From a secondary endosymbiont of Trabutina mannipara (lineage in GTDB: Bacteria; Pseudomonadota; Gammaproteobacteria; Enterobacterales; Enterobacteriaceae): DNA of 32,000 nucleotides. Every line of letters begins with the position of its first letter. The first letter of the stretch is position 1. The DNA lies in the NCBI RefSeq assembly GCF_900090215.1, contig NZ_LT594522.1, positions 60,001 through 92,000 of the forward strand, read 5' to 3'. Positions 30,343-32,000 of the stretch are shown in pieces. The translations under genes were made by a program, and so were the position numbers. Under the pieces are notes generated by a model that was not told where the DNA came from, did no database searches, and saw nothing but the letters and a program-made list of their open reading frames with translations.

Positions 30343-31602
30343 TTATGAACGTTTCATCATGTCAAAGAATTCATCGTTTGTTTTAGTCATTGCTAACTTG
30401 TTTATAAGAAACTCCATTGCATCTATTTCATTCATAGGATGAATAATTTTACGCAATATCCACATTTTTTGCAGTTCTTCCTGATTTGTTAGTAATTCTT
30501 CTTTACGGGTGCCAGAACGGTTGTAATCGATAGCAGGAAAATCACGTTTTTCTGCTATTTTTAGCGAAAGATGTAGTTCCATGTTGCCAGTTCCTTTGAA
30601 CTCTTCATAAATAACTTCGTCCATTTTTGAACCAGTGTCGATAAGAGCAGTAGCGATGATTGTTAGGCTACCTCCTTCTTCCATATTACGTGCTGCACCA
30701 AAAAACCGCTTGGGACGGTGCAGAGCATTAGCGTCTACACCTCCAGTCAATACTTTTCCTGAAGCTGGTACTACAGTATTGTAGGCGCGCGCTAGCCTAG
30801 TAATAGAATCTAGTAAAACTATAACATCTTTTTTATGTTCAACTAATCTTTTAGCTTTTTCTATTACCATTTCAGCTACTTGCACATGGCGTGAAGCTGG
30901 CTCGTCAAATGTTGAAGCAATAACTTCTCCTTTTACAAGACGTTGCATCTCGGTAACTTCTTCTGGACGTTCGTCAATTAATAGTACTATTAGAACACAG
31001 TCAGAATGATTATAGTTGATGCTTTGAGCAATATTTTGTAGAAGCATAGTTTTACCTGCTTTTGGTGGTGCTACTATCAGTCCACGCTGACCTCTACCTA
31101 TAGGAGAAGCTAGGTCGAGAATACGTGCAGTTAAATCTTCGGTAGATCCATTGCCTCGCTCCATACGCAAACGTGAATTTGCATGCAATGGTGTTAGATT
31201 TTCAAACAAAATTTTGTTACGTGCATTTTCTGGCTTATCATAATTAACTTCATTAACCTTCAGTAGTGCAAAGTAACGTTCGCCCTCTTTAGGAGGGCGA
31301 ATTTTACCGGAAATGGTGTCCCCAGTGCGCAAGTTGAAACGACGTATCTGGCTAGGAGATACGTATATATCATCAGGTCCAGCAAGGTAGGAACTATCAC
31401 TAGATCTGAGAAAACCAAATCCATCTTGCAAAATTTCTAGTATACCATCTCCGAAAATATCCTCACCACTTTTTGCATGCTGCTTGAGGATAGCGAAGAT
31501 AATATCTTGTTTACGCATGCGAGCTAAGTTTTCTAGCCCCATGTTCTCGCCTAGTAACACTAGCTCTGAAACAGGCGTATTTTTTAATTCGGTAAGGTTC
31601 AT
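30343..31602 (-). CDS. rho: transcription termination factor Rho
   Basis: 419 aa, almost residue-for-residue collinear with E. coli Rho ([17 protein letters not shown]-like GFGFLR, Walker [10 protein letters not shown]- and R-loops). Confidence 0.98.
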   Translation of the reverse strand: MNLTELKNTPVSELVLLGENMGLENLARMRKQDIIFAILKQHAKSGEDIFGDGILEILQDGFGFLRSSDSSYLAGPDDIYVSPSQIRRFNLRTGDTISGKIRPPKEGERYFALLKVNEVNYDKPENARNKILFENLTPLHANSRLRMERGNGSTEDLTARILDLASPIGRGQRGLIVAPPKAGKTMLLQNIAQSINYNHSDCVLIVLLIDERPEEVTEMQRLVKGEVIASTFDEPASRHVQVAEMVIEKAKRLVEHKKDVIVLLDSITRLARAYNTVVPASGKVLTGGVDANALHRPKRFFGAARNMEEGGSLTIIATALIDTGSKMDEVIYEEFKGTGNMELHLSLKIAEKRDFPAIDYNRSGTRKEELLTNQEELQKMWILRKIIHPMNEIDAMEFLINKLAMTKTNDEFFDMMKRS

Positions 31603-31889
31603 GGTGATTTCTTAAACTAAGGTATTTGTAAATTATAACAATGATTTAATTTAACATTAATAAAGTTGGAGCTGATTGATGAGAATAGAATAAATAATTA
31701 GATGAATATTTGAATTATACTGCTTACATAATATATCTGAGTAAGTAAGATTTTGTTTGCTTATGAACATAAATAAAGCAAATAATGCTAAAATAAAAAC
31801 TACCATAATTATTGATGAGCATCTAAATTTTATGAAAACAAGGAGCCTTTATAAGGAAATACATTTTACATATTTGAGTAAAAATTTTT

Positions 31890-32000
31890 TTAAACAGAGA
31901 TCCTAACCCTAGTAGCTATTGCTTTACCATCACGAAACAGCAACAATGTAGGAATACTAAGTATACCATATTTCGGTGCAGTAATAGAATTATTGTCAAT
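31890..32000 (-). CDS. trxA: thioredoxin 1, last 36 codons (5' part outside the window); the C-terminus looks truncated
   Basis: The reverse-strand translation is [37 protein letters not shown]. coli TrxA has [49 protein letters not shown]. It lies upstream of rho, as in E. coli. Confidence 0.8.
   Translation of the reverse strand: MDNNSITAPKYGILSIPTLLLFRDGKAIATRVRISV

Noticed and set aside
31603-31889. The rho leader region, examined for an rhoL-like leader peptide, an attenuator hairpin or a trxA terminator.
   Set aside because: Only 4-7 bp AT-rich inverted repeats and generic TATAAT-like hexamers are present. Nothing rises above the compositional background.

Overview
This is a compact, AT-rich segment (roughly one-third G+C by eye, lower between genes) of a reduced gammaproteobacterial genome of Enterobacterales descent. 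The proteins are collinear with E. coli orthologues. Local gene order follows E. coli blocks (surA-rsmA, dapB-carAB, prfA-prmC, prs/pth-ychF, aspS-ruvCAB, rpmBG-mutM, ribH-nusB, rpsF-rpsR-rplI, argX-hisR-leuT-proM, trxA-rho) with individual genes cleanly missing. That pattern fits an obligate, insect-type endosymbiont, but I cannot name the species from sequence alone. I count 30 intact housekeeping CDS (two cut by the window edges), 6 tRNA genes, one frameshifted gene (endA) and two strongly eroded pseudogenes (yebC, priB). rpmG is absent from the ORF track because it is only 55 codons. By my own tally about 85% of the window is genes. I see no transposase, integrase, phage, CRISPR, restriction, toxin-antitoxin, secretion or other accessory or defence module, and I do not find a novel biological system here. 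The signals worth a second look all relate to genome decay and slippage. endA is split in a T8/A8 run and may be slippage-rescued. The trxA 3' end appears out of frame. yebC and priB are recognisable gene remnants. At least nine perfect short tandem duplications lie almost entirely in non-coding or pseudogene DNA. Twin 16-bp palindromes sit in the prfA/prs divergent spacer. An orphan GC-rich terminator hairpin sits in an 864-bp gene desert. Essential genes carry unusually long in-frame poly(A) tracts, and four of the six tRNA genes no longer encode CCA. E. coli reference sequences were compared from memory, so all homology claims should be confirmed by database search.
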